Shown: piece after piece, positions 32,401 to 33,899 of the stretch
Layout: each line of letters opens with the position of its first letter
How positions within the stretch are numbered: position 1 is the first letter of the stretch
Virus record (IMG/VR): IMGVR_UViG_3300012952_002503
Span: 1-35,874 of that record
Reading direction: 5' to 3' (one strand)
DNA: 35,874 bases
From: a virus
Lineage: Duplodnaviria > Caudoviricetes
Notes under the pieces: generated by a model
Seen by the model: only the letters and a program-made list of their open reading frames with translations
What the model was told of the DNA's origin: nothing
Databases searched by the model: none
Made by a program: the position numbers and the translations under genes

Positions 32401-33894
32401 AGGAGGTGTCAGATACCCTCTACCACGGTTAGTAATCTGAATTTCGTAAACTTGACCATCCTGGTTGATTTTAGCGATTGCAGTGGCATTAATACCACCC
32501 TCAGGTGCTTGATCAAGATATACTGTAGGAGGATTGCTATATCCACTACCCATAGTGTTAACAGTGATGGAATCGACGTTAACACGTCCTTCACTGTCAA
32601 TTGTTGGTTGAGAGATGACTGCACCACCAGGATTCTTAAATGAAATCGCTGGAATGAAATCATAACCACTACCACTGTTAGTAATGGTCAAACTATCGAC
32701 CATTCCAGTAGTATCGTTAACTGTAAGACTTATTTGTGCAGAAGTACCGTTAGGATCGTTTGGAGACGCTACAATTGGGATTGGAGGGTTATATGAGTTA
32801 TATCCTTGTCCACCATCGATTAAATTGATGTCTTTAATACCACCAATCAGTGATTTGGCAGTTGCACCTCTTCCATCATTACTTGTGATGACAACTTTAG
32901 GTGCAAAGTCTAATCTATACTTAGATCCACCATTTTTAGGGATTAATGACCCAATTGTCCCATCAGTAGCAACCTTAGCAATTGCGGTTGCTCCTGAACC
33001 GTAAGAAGGAGCAATATATTCAACAGACCTAATATGGATATCGTCAGCAGCTCCAATTTCATTTTTGAAAACAACTTTATCTTCAAAAACGGTAAAATCT
33101 TCATAAGGGACTTGTAAACGACCATTTTTATTAATAATTAATCCAATTTCTGAAGTTGGAGTGTATGAAGTCCCATTTACTCGTAATGGATACTCTTTTG
33201 TGTTTTGCCACTCCTGATATGGAATAGAATCCGTTACAGTGATGGTTTGATCGGAATATCCGACCAAATATGTTAATCTAGTGAATTCTGAATCATCTGC
33301 ACCAGTTCTATCTCTAGGTGGACTATCAAAACGTATATTAAACCCTTCAATGAAGTAATCTACGTTTGGCACCAACATTGTGTTGTAGGTAATCACAATT
33401 AAGTGCTCTGCTGAAGGAGGAGCGACTGGAGTACCTAAAAAGCTTAGTTGGAAGTTGTTTTCAACACCATCAAACAGTGTAAATGGGTTTTCTAGCTGTT
33501 GCTTCTTCTTATTAAACTGGGGAAAAGAGATCCCAGGAGTAATAATAACATCAGGACCACGAGTAACAGATTCATAGTAAATTACCTCATTATCAATCAT
33601 CAAGGATCCATTTTGACGCTGGAATCCGTCTATTTCTTCAACTTCTATCTTTTTGTCATATAATCCAATTTCGTTCAGCAAACTAGTTGAGCTTGATAAC
33701 TCATCTGAGGTATAACTATCAAGATCGAGATATCTCAGTAAATTATTAAGTATGTCGTAAGGTCTACCTGTTTTTTCCTGAGACTTATAATATTCAAACA
33801 AGAAGTTGACTAATTGTCTGTCTTCCTGACGAATAAACTCAGGTAACTGATTTTCGACCCTATCAGAGACGTTAATATTCTTCGTAATCGGCAT
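5425..33894 (-). CDS. gp7: Giant gp7-like baseplate wedge/virion structural protein (9,489 aa), multidomain
   Basis: Uninterrupted 28,470-nt ORF 5 nt downstream of gp6. gp7-like hallmarks: QLPEFIRQE...FLFEYY at the N-terminus, KNITDFYISKGT...LFKILFGE (31741-31800), and IQDSFFYQNFSYVVQS...W...NHPAGFNMFG (about 23160-23285, near aa 3,570). About 5,900 further aa follow. Confidence 0.8.
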   Translation of the reverse strand: MPITKNINVSDRVENQLPEFIRQEDRQLVNFLFEYYKSQEKTGRPYDILNNLLRYLDLDSYTSDELSSSTSLLNEIGLYDKKIEVEEIDGFQRQNGSLMIDNEVIYYESVTRGPDVIITPGISFPQFNKKKQQLENPFTLFDGVENNFQLSFLGTPVAPPSAEHLIVITYNTMLVPNVDYFIEGFNIRFDSPPRDRTGADDSEFTRLTYLVGYSDQTITVTDSIPYQEWQNTKEYPLRVNGTSYTPTSEIGLIINKNGRLQVPYEDFTVFEDKVVFKNEIGAADDIHIRSVEYIAPSYGSGATAIAKVATDGTIGSLIPKNGGSKYRLDFAPKVVITSNDGRGATAKSLIGGIKDINLIDGGQGYNSYNPPIPIVASPNDPNGTSAQISLTVNDTTGMVDSLTITNSGSGYDFIPAISFKNPGGAVISQPTIDSEGRVNVDSITVNTMGSGYSNPPTVYLDQAPEGGINATAIAKINQDGQVYEIQITNRGRGYLTPPRTKIVDPIGAQVLDVTVASGSVTNIEMLTGGQGYTDAPSVYIVDDRKDGYGVPIGGTGALAQATIFNGEITDINIINFGSGYSETEPPKIYIAEPRAARSSVDVGFDQVTGFDILEEGANYAPSAFLGCARGVSGPVAYDNLHNEIYAGEAALRQSNHPAGSYVTNLDSLFIKEVFDKFRRQYLPTLDIDFAKVNPVQVIKNITDFYISKGTKLATQYLFKILFGEDVDLYYPKDEIISPSHATWVVDTILRAELIEGDAVNLIDSQINQYADEVDNSVTAASALIENVITIIEGTDTIYELAISEETLVGRFIIPYKTRLVEPLSLDGQIITVDSTIGWPERNGTIRINDEEEVQYKEKSLNQFIECTRSKNGIVEDWDPGTIVQSDIYVYVNRGTSTECKLRVLGIAEAGTTVLNDTGSYYLQGDKLKVANLGSTAEELRLQSWLYNVKKLIQVNNITPGGVNNQTATVVCDNPHGLLVSDQVTIYGANPVVYNGTFTVTSRIDQFTFSYQIAVPTEIVPGGNILLSVDLNRGKSDITSINKVVSEFTTNIQNAFFNDNYVYVAASGLPNYKIGPFTGSALIPGNQRKLLRFPRLVQTISERKTVDPGTPIGAWINGVSIWSYKSREYIQYGPLTSITVTNSGIDYDAGAKPNVEITGGGGSNAAAEVVVNGSLDSFEVTEGGSGYTFSPLVSIVGGNGSGATAQAVITGGRVTRILVEQPGKDYTTQPLVSITGGGGSGATATANVRGTIQSVNVTNFGSGYTSLPAIKVNSGEGALAQPIVINGRIVSIAIINSGESYTTAPTVIINGDGFGAIAKATIGTIGEDKGRVLGITITNKGIGYTQGLTTVRLEAVGQLATFTPTVYQWNKNLEYDLDTKFDNARGYVFTGYNNQFGGEYAHLSDPKELRYVVGDNVYLDPVTQTFKELESNFQHSPIIGWAFDGNPIYGPYGYIDPTDANSGIRRMRTSFKLKANVVYDETTNPNPARVDGPPISTYDAGTFVDDYYYDFQSGDLDNYNGRFCKTPEYAEGTYAYFVTIDASEAGLPEYPYICGPQFNSLPDDWNFSQVATQENIPDGVVRYRDPYTDVDIDVDRQPNQEADVFTTEIEGYPIIFEIQDSNNDGLIDANEQQELLEMSEEATLQIYDYFPRVSAESRVDIEVETTTQFENAQIDGFVVENPGESYQVNDTVFFDNEGTGGFGASALIESVQGQNIIGYQKEIIGDRPYGVITTSLGHELRQQDEIIVNSRPVIDNTNKIFKVKVVAGVERINVTQAGTGYNLDIPPTFELITASGVDAELSLVLEGTGQINEVNIINSGNGYDASNPPQIRVSHPQQFKKTRYWLTEYKEAAGQVTIHHSITTAQRYTYICGSVLEADGDQAAILAKFDDLGQLIWERDLLPTNGGTKKAEFVKMHIDDAPENDIIYVVGQSYDPNNSQYNPDIWLGKYESGFNNANAPDGVLLWQKSIAGISGLSRRDWVTDLDLDQDGRIYLCGYTDSNSPDPNDMWVIQCSIDGDLVEKRKLASADDSEEMHQIKWISNDRFMFVGVNDQNDDCIFGVFFYDGANIEIDWIRQIPTVGGYVRDPRFIIDNYEDVILIWNVYNSATSKWEKIQINKFPVSTANTAWTWSKTVTVSGNVDSIKHAGISLDVFGNYTLVTDVIEEQNQRYSVIHYLKYDGTVIKETKVDDTANIGFHTKWHTVDNSGDCILAVDRQQSDQLAAYRFNDENDRDYDFTKQDLATMAFHTTANAWVDTSIQKFGAGSLKLSGICPVKLPGLNLSGKEWSYRGWFSMATAQHTAQNTKPLFFDITPTAGDSIQVELDGDSTSGNYEKFVIYVNSTEVASSAVATNWTTFGSAAWCHVTFQKREESLGLYQYEIFLNGNLVCNYQSTSDINVADVTFAGKYSGPVSGNSFIGWIDDLVVDDVAPYTTAYSLPTEEIPVTTSNSDSALIKFDRLHDKRASYTLTGLTNWSTVEFSDIETPTTWADLNVSAFSPWDLGAGGLQILDMSQVAATFIPGTYSFTTTKSEYATKTSTIPSPLGKTLQISADVISKFYIRDALYQKIDNVLEFTFNQDVKLTKGSIIQQFNSAGVTQAYGTIVKVPTGTLLNPGFGNKYEVGKMYGTFNDDDRFRTDVADVNQIAGQYFNIDEPESPWQAATVYAQGDRVYSDKKIYEALGAGTSGTISLTHTAGQASDGNINWVFIDDAGKFTLDLTQHPYPMPQYQGGDMPEWDNNLLYVVGQRVRHKLNVYEVASGGAGVSGTTAPVHTTGDASDGSVTWTFISTSEPISDYARNLGYDLGNNYTIQIIEIHPGSLYIPEDVISVNAGNITVAEDEKSVVVGGLASVKKIRVTARLEKDIIRTATARTKYVYATSNSAHNFTAGSIIFTEGFQGTQFNGSFFIDQVIGSREYTFGIRDTAVSDPAFNNNAINSVNIYAKHPTLEFTRNHQYVFDVSDTSNFGYYLSFSQDNQYKLEYSFNNIERSGTPGVPLGAGQYPFVKFSVLGDVTNISYYFDPSRLGDDSPVGPLSFIDVITTPFEGTFTVTEVPTDTSFKFQLLKEPERSNAEVGTDEFDQVYSYYSTTSTRAVGPINTIQLVSPGGFYQKLPIISDIASFRQIEKVVILDGGTEYAPGVYYDVPVAGDGEGAKATITVEVDDEVGSGTITGASVADPGKGYTIASIDIDAIPGILGNTLAGSGGAVSVIIPAEGTGASVFLTGSNIGKIKRLKNNEFGFGYSHDYTLKPEITFPVNLQLFNTSILSQIKITNPGAGYTSTPAVVIEGGGGSGAEAEAIVKNNRLSEIIIKNSGAGYSSEPTVTLKSEFNYVVNLDLNYLQFNFPHGITTGAEVQFRADDIGSTEGELPKPSTAGLTQLVAGQTYYAIAGEVAGLETDQLRFGLTLQSAQAGSYITFLTQGSGRQTLLTEVFGGKATAVVETSRFLEGEEVFQGSAIETASAIGKVSTNTGWQIGPKILKIVDYTGDWAAGEKVTGVISKASGVIDNFSIARGVLNIGSLTKTPGRFIDDVGKPSEIVQKIQDSFFYQNFSYVVQSEIPITEWKTQVLENNHPAGFNMFGQLQLSGGKDVSGRKIGTEFTKKVNIQNYSNVNQITSFGAAQPIYTDYNNTEVLFRKKRLTSSEEILTSIVKKMDDIGDQFDGIEKQFPITVEGETVIVKDNQLLITLNGIIQSPGVSYQIVGGNLVFSEPPKPPSKVNYRILGVTPTPIYRIALYDGFGGTNYGIFPTLGQQIQGQLSDTVATVIDTGTNHLDVINLVGGTFDLNEQIKRGELFAALVESVTLLNSPTIFRFGEGLTNLDGDTAYVEETNVDDQGVINDRIVVSKTSGTPRFETGIFDFRLNEFIYSASSKIAGQITYIAPYSDPINNEVVDELIINKGTTFQGLLYERLVSLENPNVILDDISQSSITPTEINNSDERINADFLDFEQVRTTEVTYSQVTGGNFTLGEVIRNKKVFYGNPISVFHANAANRFLDAKRNISNNKQEIIDFAEAQIAIDHPDYYFPNDVITNSWSRFKDAYRLIQNNKAMIAGMAFDDMKTQYPGSSIPSDAKCKRDLEYMIDAISIDCFAGGNVYTRKFVQQFFTAEGVYQHVNAQSAETRFAFEKAKDRMKAAVANQYSGTINAVNSGDSWTGYQDLTITADPSPNDNYGTPGSNTSNTDADNCSDVQAAITTLWEFTDEALNNSSLNDIPDETIGTYSPHQTLCRRDLGYFIDAIANDLGSGGQYNTVEFTKKFFDAAGIPLTNGIAGEEAQAITAFQAARDLMYRAINNLMYWKDLSGVGYNLNDPTTYSGGVAPANTYDANYASGNNQDINNCANVKTYIGTLSDIATVAFNAGNLTNVNALTVTDGTFQDNETIRTTKIGYKNRSRGLFVIGDQIKGMTSGALFEALGSNSGLKWIFAGNITGTFQSGEYITNSRLTATNCTQSVIVKKAELNGTKSVYLPSNAILKTPESLDFEFGTGDFTIEAWIRPAANVGTQYLFDFRRLSSTQGLNIRMDGQAIMVYNGTTLGINSGNVVATTGTWYHLSVVRASGVTQLYVNGAQVGSNWADTNTYLYAAASVGMDFNQTSHWAGHIDNLYIRKGTSDHSTGFTPPTQVDYTQDGIVLGIDGEAPFIISTTEVYAEYSGQRSSNAAAKKVDYANLLTIIEDVDLGRQEFRDCADIIDLNGAWIAEEAVGRMKAAFSDFTIKGDVPSENSYGGTDKCIRDTKDYILGALVKDLREGGNYHTIYTARTYLTVGGELNFIGNEILQSLFTWNEVIKISKDVITTVSTELTGTYTTRMRIPNNFSTPASANVQTEITTLGDDLLKVIAPNDQRFREGGFQLWKNRDYIAEETAGYIQNKYAAEINGTNYDFLEMPGYGEPYCVRDIKDFIIPGVIADLVTGGTYQTQSVIDKYLDDQGNILNIEHEISAMMDAFDYAKILCMKAINNLLMSPGETADGLTDNDGVALGLPAYVQEEYFAPAYTTRGAYRDSTIVLDTEGYPQANRSSNDRYLDAAESIWTNRHLIAKECVSIMNDLSKYENLQIPGGHVNCEDDVIDMIEALVHDIRFDCNEKTYDAAALYVETENNSLKHIETEYEATITVVKILRDICTMVMRNAFGRDYVEGHEPSLKPVQTYEQNPRDDLYWKCGDAIDGNIRYIAEQAVAAGLQQYPGLLIPGGSVNCVHDVTDILRSLVFNLKYGGNNWMQYASEFYTTYTGNLDHVTNASSETNWIINKAKEYAIRAMKGQVITNEAGHTVDQTIYDAVPRPTTSMFNSGTDGIQINQPNNIITRSFKFGEDKISTTDSGTGLVPDEDAVFRLVTKLPSSPIDCCLFEAGDSSAGIWMGIRDGGTYFRIRAGNGANSYSGGAAYTSDTGLAMLDLQISNLSAYFDNGDHEIVFEITIGGAVQVGPGAIKLWIDGNFITEATTPGGQNTGLAGGSGIFASANYAGFGSSAGSIVAGESATVNTFTVNVGPAPTIAYDISNAKYDSSTGDLELTVGSHNHTVGTYLKLVSNSINFTCDMDNNQSTHSYPRSGDPAGNTAIEVLKVGSTEWTADTASYNPETGMMTVTVPDHGMADSTTHTAKDAAYDPDSGVLQISCDDHGFKTGDQVKIHNGSIIFTCSQDNYATKHGYPRAKDPAGDQWLLVEEVTSKDVFKVNVGMTPRVEYNVSDAEYNQIDGELTLDVGNHRFVGATHHVASYAEYDAEKGHLKMTVPGHKITKGEQIQITENSMTFTCSMDNHYTNHVYPRPTDPCVGNWLDVVESDIPGGTFTVNVGQSPIVGFNPSAATFNAETGALNLVIGSHSLAAGTHIKLAQNSLHFTCDMDDHSSTHSYPRSKDPVHNEPLVITATDSNSITVNVGITPKVEYDVDAATFDTSTGALVLTTDRKSSFRDSSIHSISGATYNGSTGLMRLTVANHGFGNGDYVKIADGGVTFTCDMDNNATNHAYPRSSDPYSNKWMDVRNVSLDEFDVYVGKTPELPFTVSDATYNPSNGTLILTIGEHDLVVGHSIKLTQDSVAFTCLLDNNVTTKTYPRSSGSAYIGNSGADPFYNKPITIANVTDTTIELNVGISSDLTTHTFIPNTGLTPTAIDHNPVTGKMKLSIPGHKLQNGDFIKIADNSLTFTCALDLHVTDHTYPRCHDPASGSWLKVENVTGNEFDVQVLTDIPQSNTTLHLFKSATPNCITTSVVKTGGVYNHTYVTSTANCLRHAGDSVRLKDDSLTFTCNMDGHSAQKTYPRAATTSHTPSDVKYDPNTGLLKFTLNNHGFLPHTYIKIADNSLAFSCKKDTHRFTPSAVNYNPTTGDMVLEFGVSHGLIPNQDMIKISPESITLTCDFNSDGNTTPKSYPRATGAATSTGRDYAYDTYLNITSVTSTSITVNVNGGQGAVTDTSVHNFVSAATDCITAIDVSSHSYPRSSDPVSGKWIMIQESSTHTFQVEVLDVIPSTHTSVHAFLSAANNCITHKKDFFYDTNIPIHEIGKTTHSPTSVAYNPTAGTMTVQLANGFTAPNTYTPNTVTFYPATGILRVTQPGHPIKDGDKILITDSSLTFRCDEDSQATDHLYPRSTDPVSGQWLKVFNRGINTYDVQVGNLFGQAAISNNTTHVCTNIGAAAIWHARDFVMIDENAITLSCTKDQNATNHTYPRRTDPTFGQWLPISNVTTTQFDVHVGKSGINDVYDHTYVDFASNGLKRQTGTVILDVAAGAISNSDAHTFVSATTGALIGGGQYNHEFVPSAQTATVTDAAYNPTTGWMTLTVPHHGFMDGENIQIANNSLVFTCLQDSNATEHAYPRTSDPASQNWLRIYNTTDDTFDVHVLDKVPSTNQTTHLFKRATANGITRASIATGGDYDHKFVAPQQLTPTNAAYNPTTGVMTITVAKHGMKNGTRIKVQDGFVTFTCDQDGDATNHAYPRKTDPYSDEWMKVFNATTDTFDVQVLFNIPSTNTTTHAFVSAVPKSITVASMMKGNDSVKLAPDALTFTCSMDGNSSNHSYPRATDPAYNNSLRIIDDGVTRHSPTGATYTPSTGVLAMTVPNHGFTNNDFIKLDDYALDLTCDMDNNSDNHAYPRGTDPISGKWVQISNVSQNGFDVNVGTTSAVSYTPTDVDYTPTTGEMEINIGNHPLKVGQSVKIATGGITLECSQDNYGSTHAYPRNTIDNFTPTNAVYSGETGYLTITSTGHGLDNGSLVKIDDNAITLRCEMDGNTDDKTYPRSSDPISGKWKAIENADTDTFDIFVGKSEFKSFDPQNVEYNQSNGNMEITVGPDHGITTAHSVYINRESMTFTCAQDGYSSLHAYPRPNGTGGASGDDPAYADAVAVTAVTDSTITVNVNPSPSGASNHDHNFVPAVGLTPTAITYSGVSGIMTVTLTGHGMITGEQIMFEDNSLIFTCNKDDHATEHAYPRHGDPASNNWLTITRIDDNRFTVKVLDITPSTNTSAHTFKRANPGALKRGSIRAGGSFTHTFQSFANNGLKAKRDRSYDHSIEIKKVGHAKYTAAGAAYNATTGVLTLTITNNPVSNGDRIKLADNSLVMTCAMDNNATEHSYPRATDPAHDKWLTVSNVSGNNFDVQIGTTPRANYLVSAATYEPTTGEMTMTIGNHNFRGGSTHTVTDGAYNPTTGLMTLTIANHGFTIGDRIMMTDESIQFSCGFGGASGNDAIKAYPRSSDPISNTWVPVTNITQDTFDIQVLASTPSTNTDAHTFHSAAPNGVKVSHEAIFIEEKSLVFKCLADSNGSEHKYPRPNGYGGASADDPYYDTTVPIISATDTTITVNVGISSNTTQHTFVRSENAFTPTGASFVPGTGVLTVTIPSHPFANGDKVQVKNESFTFTCAEDGGSSNHAYPRVSDPASQNAWLTVSNVSGNTFDINVGTSSNTTTHTWVSSLDGAIIRGVVRGGGEYTHAFVSAVADGIHWENSTITVDVGETVSGNHTHRFASATSGAITAGGNYTHTFASAKHNSLHHQSGKITLNVNVAASNNQYDHSFVSAVPGAVIAGGSYNHTFVSADEGGIEKANDYVYIDDYALGFSCDLDHHETTHLYPRPTDHASNEWLAVSNVTTDSFDIQVLSGVPSTFIGSHTFKSCKTGGIRIQDGTIMLNVGKSPAGDTHQHTFVSANTGALIQGGNYKHNFVSALSNCITNTNNGDTFTPTDAYYIPTTGQLTLTVVGHNLSTDDTVIIDSNALTFTCSQDQNATNHTYPRVTDFADGKKLHVQQSNSWAWPASDLDYYRNRLVSNDYTGNEGQNVENEIGQLVQMVTDAISNPNNVAGRSYDMPIIWPVKYTPEIAVRDLGITYDFSGGGQDSNGTWNQTCAESASAINTLLDIYIETINEAVNNSANYLVNSVTKTFPFNSNTQYQSGTCYNVTSAIDTLFDIMSDTLGGGETNSMNIANMILFNQQAIALRAFGDTQTNYPTTNLTITFAENCLKAVRYDLVTGGNAGAFRMTQEWFDGEGNFIAFPTVTRSHLLFCLTRVREYIKSVMYLVGTDSVWDNFDVYQKPERLEWNQEAVEFMIDSSLNPIEYSLEMSKFPTNASVQFIPSTDVVNRLTRYETGWDYNTDPALVTLTPEVRVGFDRSEYRIRINRANQFRRGDVLSYIPASDTSLTGLTGQTYFYCLTATAQWFEIGASYIHDGRFRILQVDSSNDGAQIMQVVRRSGITRSASTYPSDDSACPIQGGMNPADVIYGGTSGAAAEVGTVQENVASIRQIYKHFDVGTVSQTTPGVSDTYTNGESVVVQGATANNGTMLQSTPAPADTAISFLKLHTIAGTINVADVLEGADSGTTSTVTAVTDRFLINVERGAFATGDWFFAKDATTEGYMDEYVSKSGALTGNDGGRITIDVETIESPWVPGDIIYGSVTDYILDIKGIAGTQLQLNQYIHGRYTLELNLGPAIVDTGITDTFRVGDEVSLLQGTLQKDPGFTATVTQYINGLELDNTDPNYGIHKLWIGSIQPVGVGADVSELTVGTNNIGKVDIGSNFPTIYAQVTSYTETNYSSYAKVVAIDQQGITATIWVEDAVGSLMDNMTLESDFGWSAAISQARTLDGRVDRYFRGFDGTQTIFDLTISNGEAYFPDPAGHLLAFVNGILQPPGGNQSYVAFSDKIQFAEPPEVGSQFIGYYVGKLRQLDDISFEFDSLRSSFNLKRGGLFYSLTLTEGVSSNVIRPENNILVSLNGIIQEPGNAYEIVGSRIIFAEVPRAGSTFVGFSYIGSDADVIAATVVPPVEAGDRLDIDGEEFAREVALIESSNSLITFEYTGSVKGRNAAAISEITYGQIINATLTSPGDGYTSRPNVDVISSSGFDSRLKALMGITRIDVKTSGLGYSLPVVAIDNVVPDDYTEPVGGPINGGFDVLAGEGAEYQDGSTAIDPGTIAIVIDPVNVTVNQGQTAGFTVVSTVTNGQTMNYQWQKKEYGTQTWSNIIGANQSTFQTVSAAQADDGDEYRVAITAAGATPVYSLSAILSVQTGATIITGFTPNIIFDDI
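5480..5765 (-). other. C-terminal Ig-like (I-set type) domain of the giant protein
   Basis: DPVNVTVNQGQTAGFTV...YQWQKK...W.NIIGANQSTF...DDGDEYRVAI shows the Trp and DxGxYxx motifs. It parallels the Ig domain of the next gene. Confidence 0.75.
9235..17445 (-). repeat. Array of 26 Cys/His-rich ~100-aa repeat units in the giant protein
   Basis: Consensus A-x-Y-N-P-x-T-G-x-M/L-T-L-T-x3-H-G-x3-G-D-x-I-K-I-x-D-N-S-L-x-F-T-C-x2-D-x5-H-x-Y-P-R-x2-D-P-x4-W-L-x-V...F-D-V-x-V...H-x-F-V-S-A. Hand count: 26 F/L/M-x-C motifs and 26 YPR motifs. Confidence 0.92.
17520..17960 (-). other. Possible degenerate ConA/LamG-like beta-sandwich domain
   Basis: CLFEAGDSSAGIWMGIRDGG..FRIRAG...DHEIVFEI...IKLWIDG resembles the LamG pattern (W-H-x-V...L-Y-x-D/N-G) only loosely. 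Confidence 0.4.
18140..21930 (-). repeat. Six helical repeat domains with a C-x-R/x-D...D-L-x-x-G-G motif (phycobiliprotein-like); a seventh degenerate copy lies near 8430-8720
   Basis: KCKRD (Cys 21682-21684), LCRRD (21223-21225), KCIRD (19720-19722), YCVRD (19234-19236), NCEDD (18727-18729) and NCVHD (18331-18333). Each is associated with an upstream DA-x3-I-x2-N-x3-I-A-like helix. The repeat is certain; the fold assignment is inference. Confidence 0.7.
20045..20540 (-). other. Concanavalin A-like/LamG domain
   Basis: FGTGDFTIEAWIRP...WYHLSVVRASGVTQLYVNG...GHIDNLYIRKG...FTPPT is the classic phage LamG_3 pattern. Confidence 0.85.
25534..25923 (-). other. Two CBM5/12-like (chitin-binding type 3-like) modules
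   Basis: WQAATVYAQGDRVYSDKKIYEA...SDGNINWVFI (25771-25923) and WDNNLLYVVGQRVRHKLNVYEV...SDGSVTWTFI (25534-25692) share W-x5-Y-x2-G-x2-V...Y...W. Confidence 0.6.
26575..27150 (-). other. Second ConA-like/LamG domain
   Basis: QKFGAGSLKL...EWSYRGWF...WCHVTFQK...IFLNG...FIGWIDDLVV. Confidence 0.7.
27250..28380 (-). other. Beta-propeller-like domain
   Basis: Blade-like repeats: ILAKFDDLGQLIWER, IYVVGQS...DIWLGKY...DGVLLWQK, LDLDQDGRIYLCGYT...DMWVIQCSIDGDL, HTVDNSGDCILA. Confidence 0.7.
29005..29040 (-). other. EF-hand-like Ca2+-binding loop
   Basis: DSNNDGLIDANE has D1, N3, D5, G6, I8, D9 and E12, the canonical 12-residue loop. Confidence 0.55.
29220..30740 (-). other. Split, degenerate YHYH-like domain inside the giant protein
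   Basis: N-half (VAASGLP...PIGAWINGVSIWS, about 30520-30720) and C-half (GGEYAHL...HSPIIGWAFDGNPIYGPYGY...GDLDNYNGRFCKTPEYAEGTYAYF, about 29220-29710) are separated by Gly-rich modules. Confidence 0.8.
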
Positions 33895-33899
33895 CTATC

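Noticed and set aside
5425-33894. Intein, intron, homing endonuclease or stop-codon recoding as the cause of the giant ORF
   Set aside because: No intein splice motifs, LAGLIDADG or HNH signatures were recognised by eye. The ORF is open in the standard code, and all complete genes end in TAA with tight junctions.
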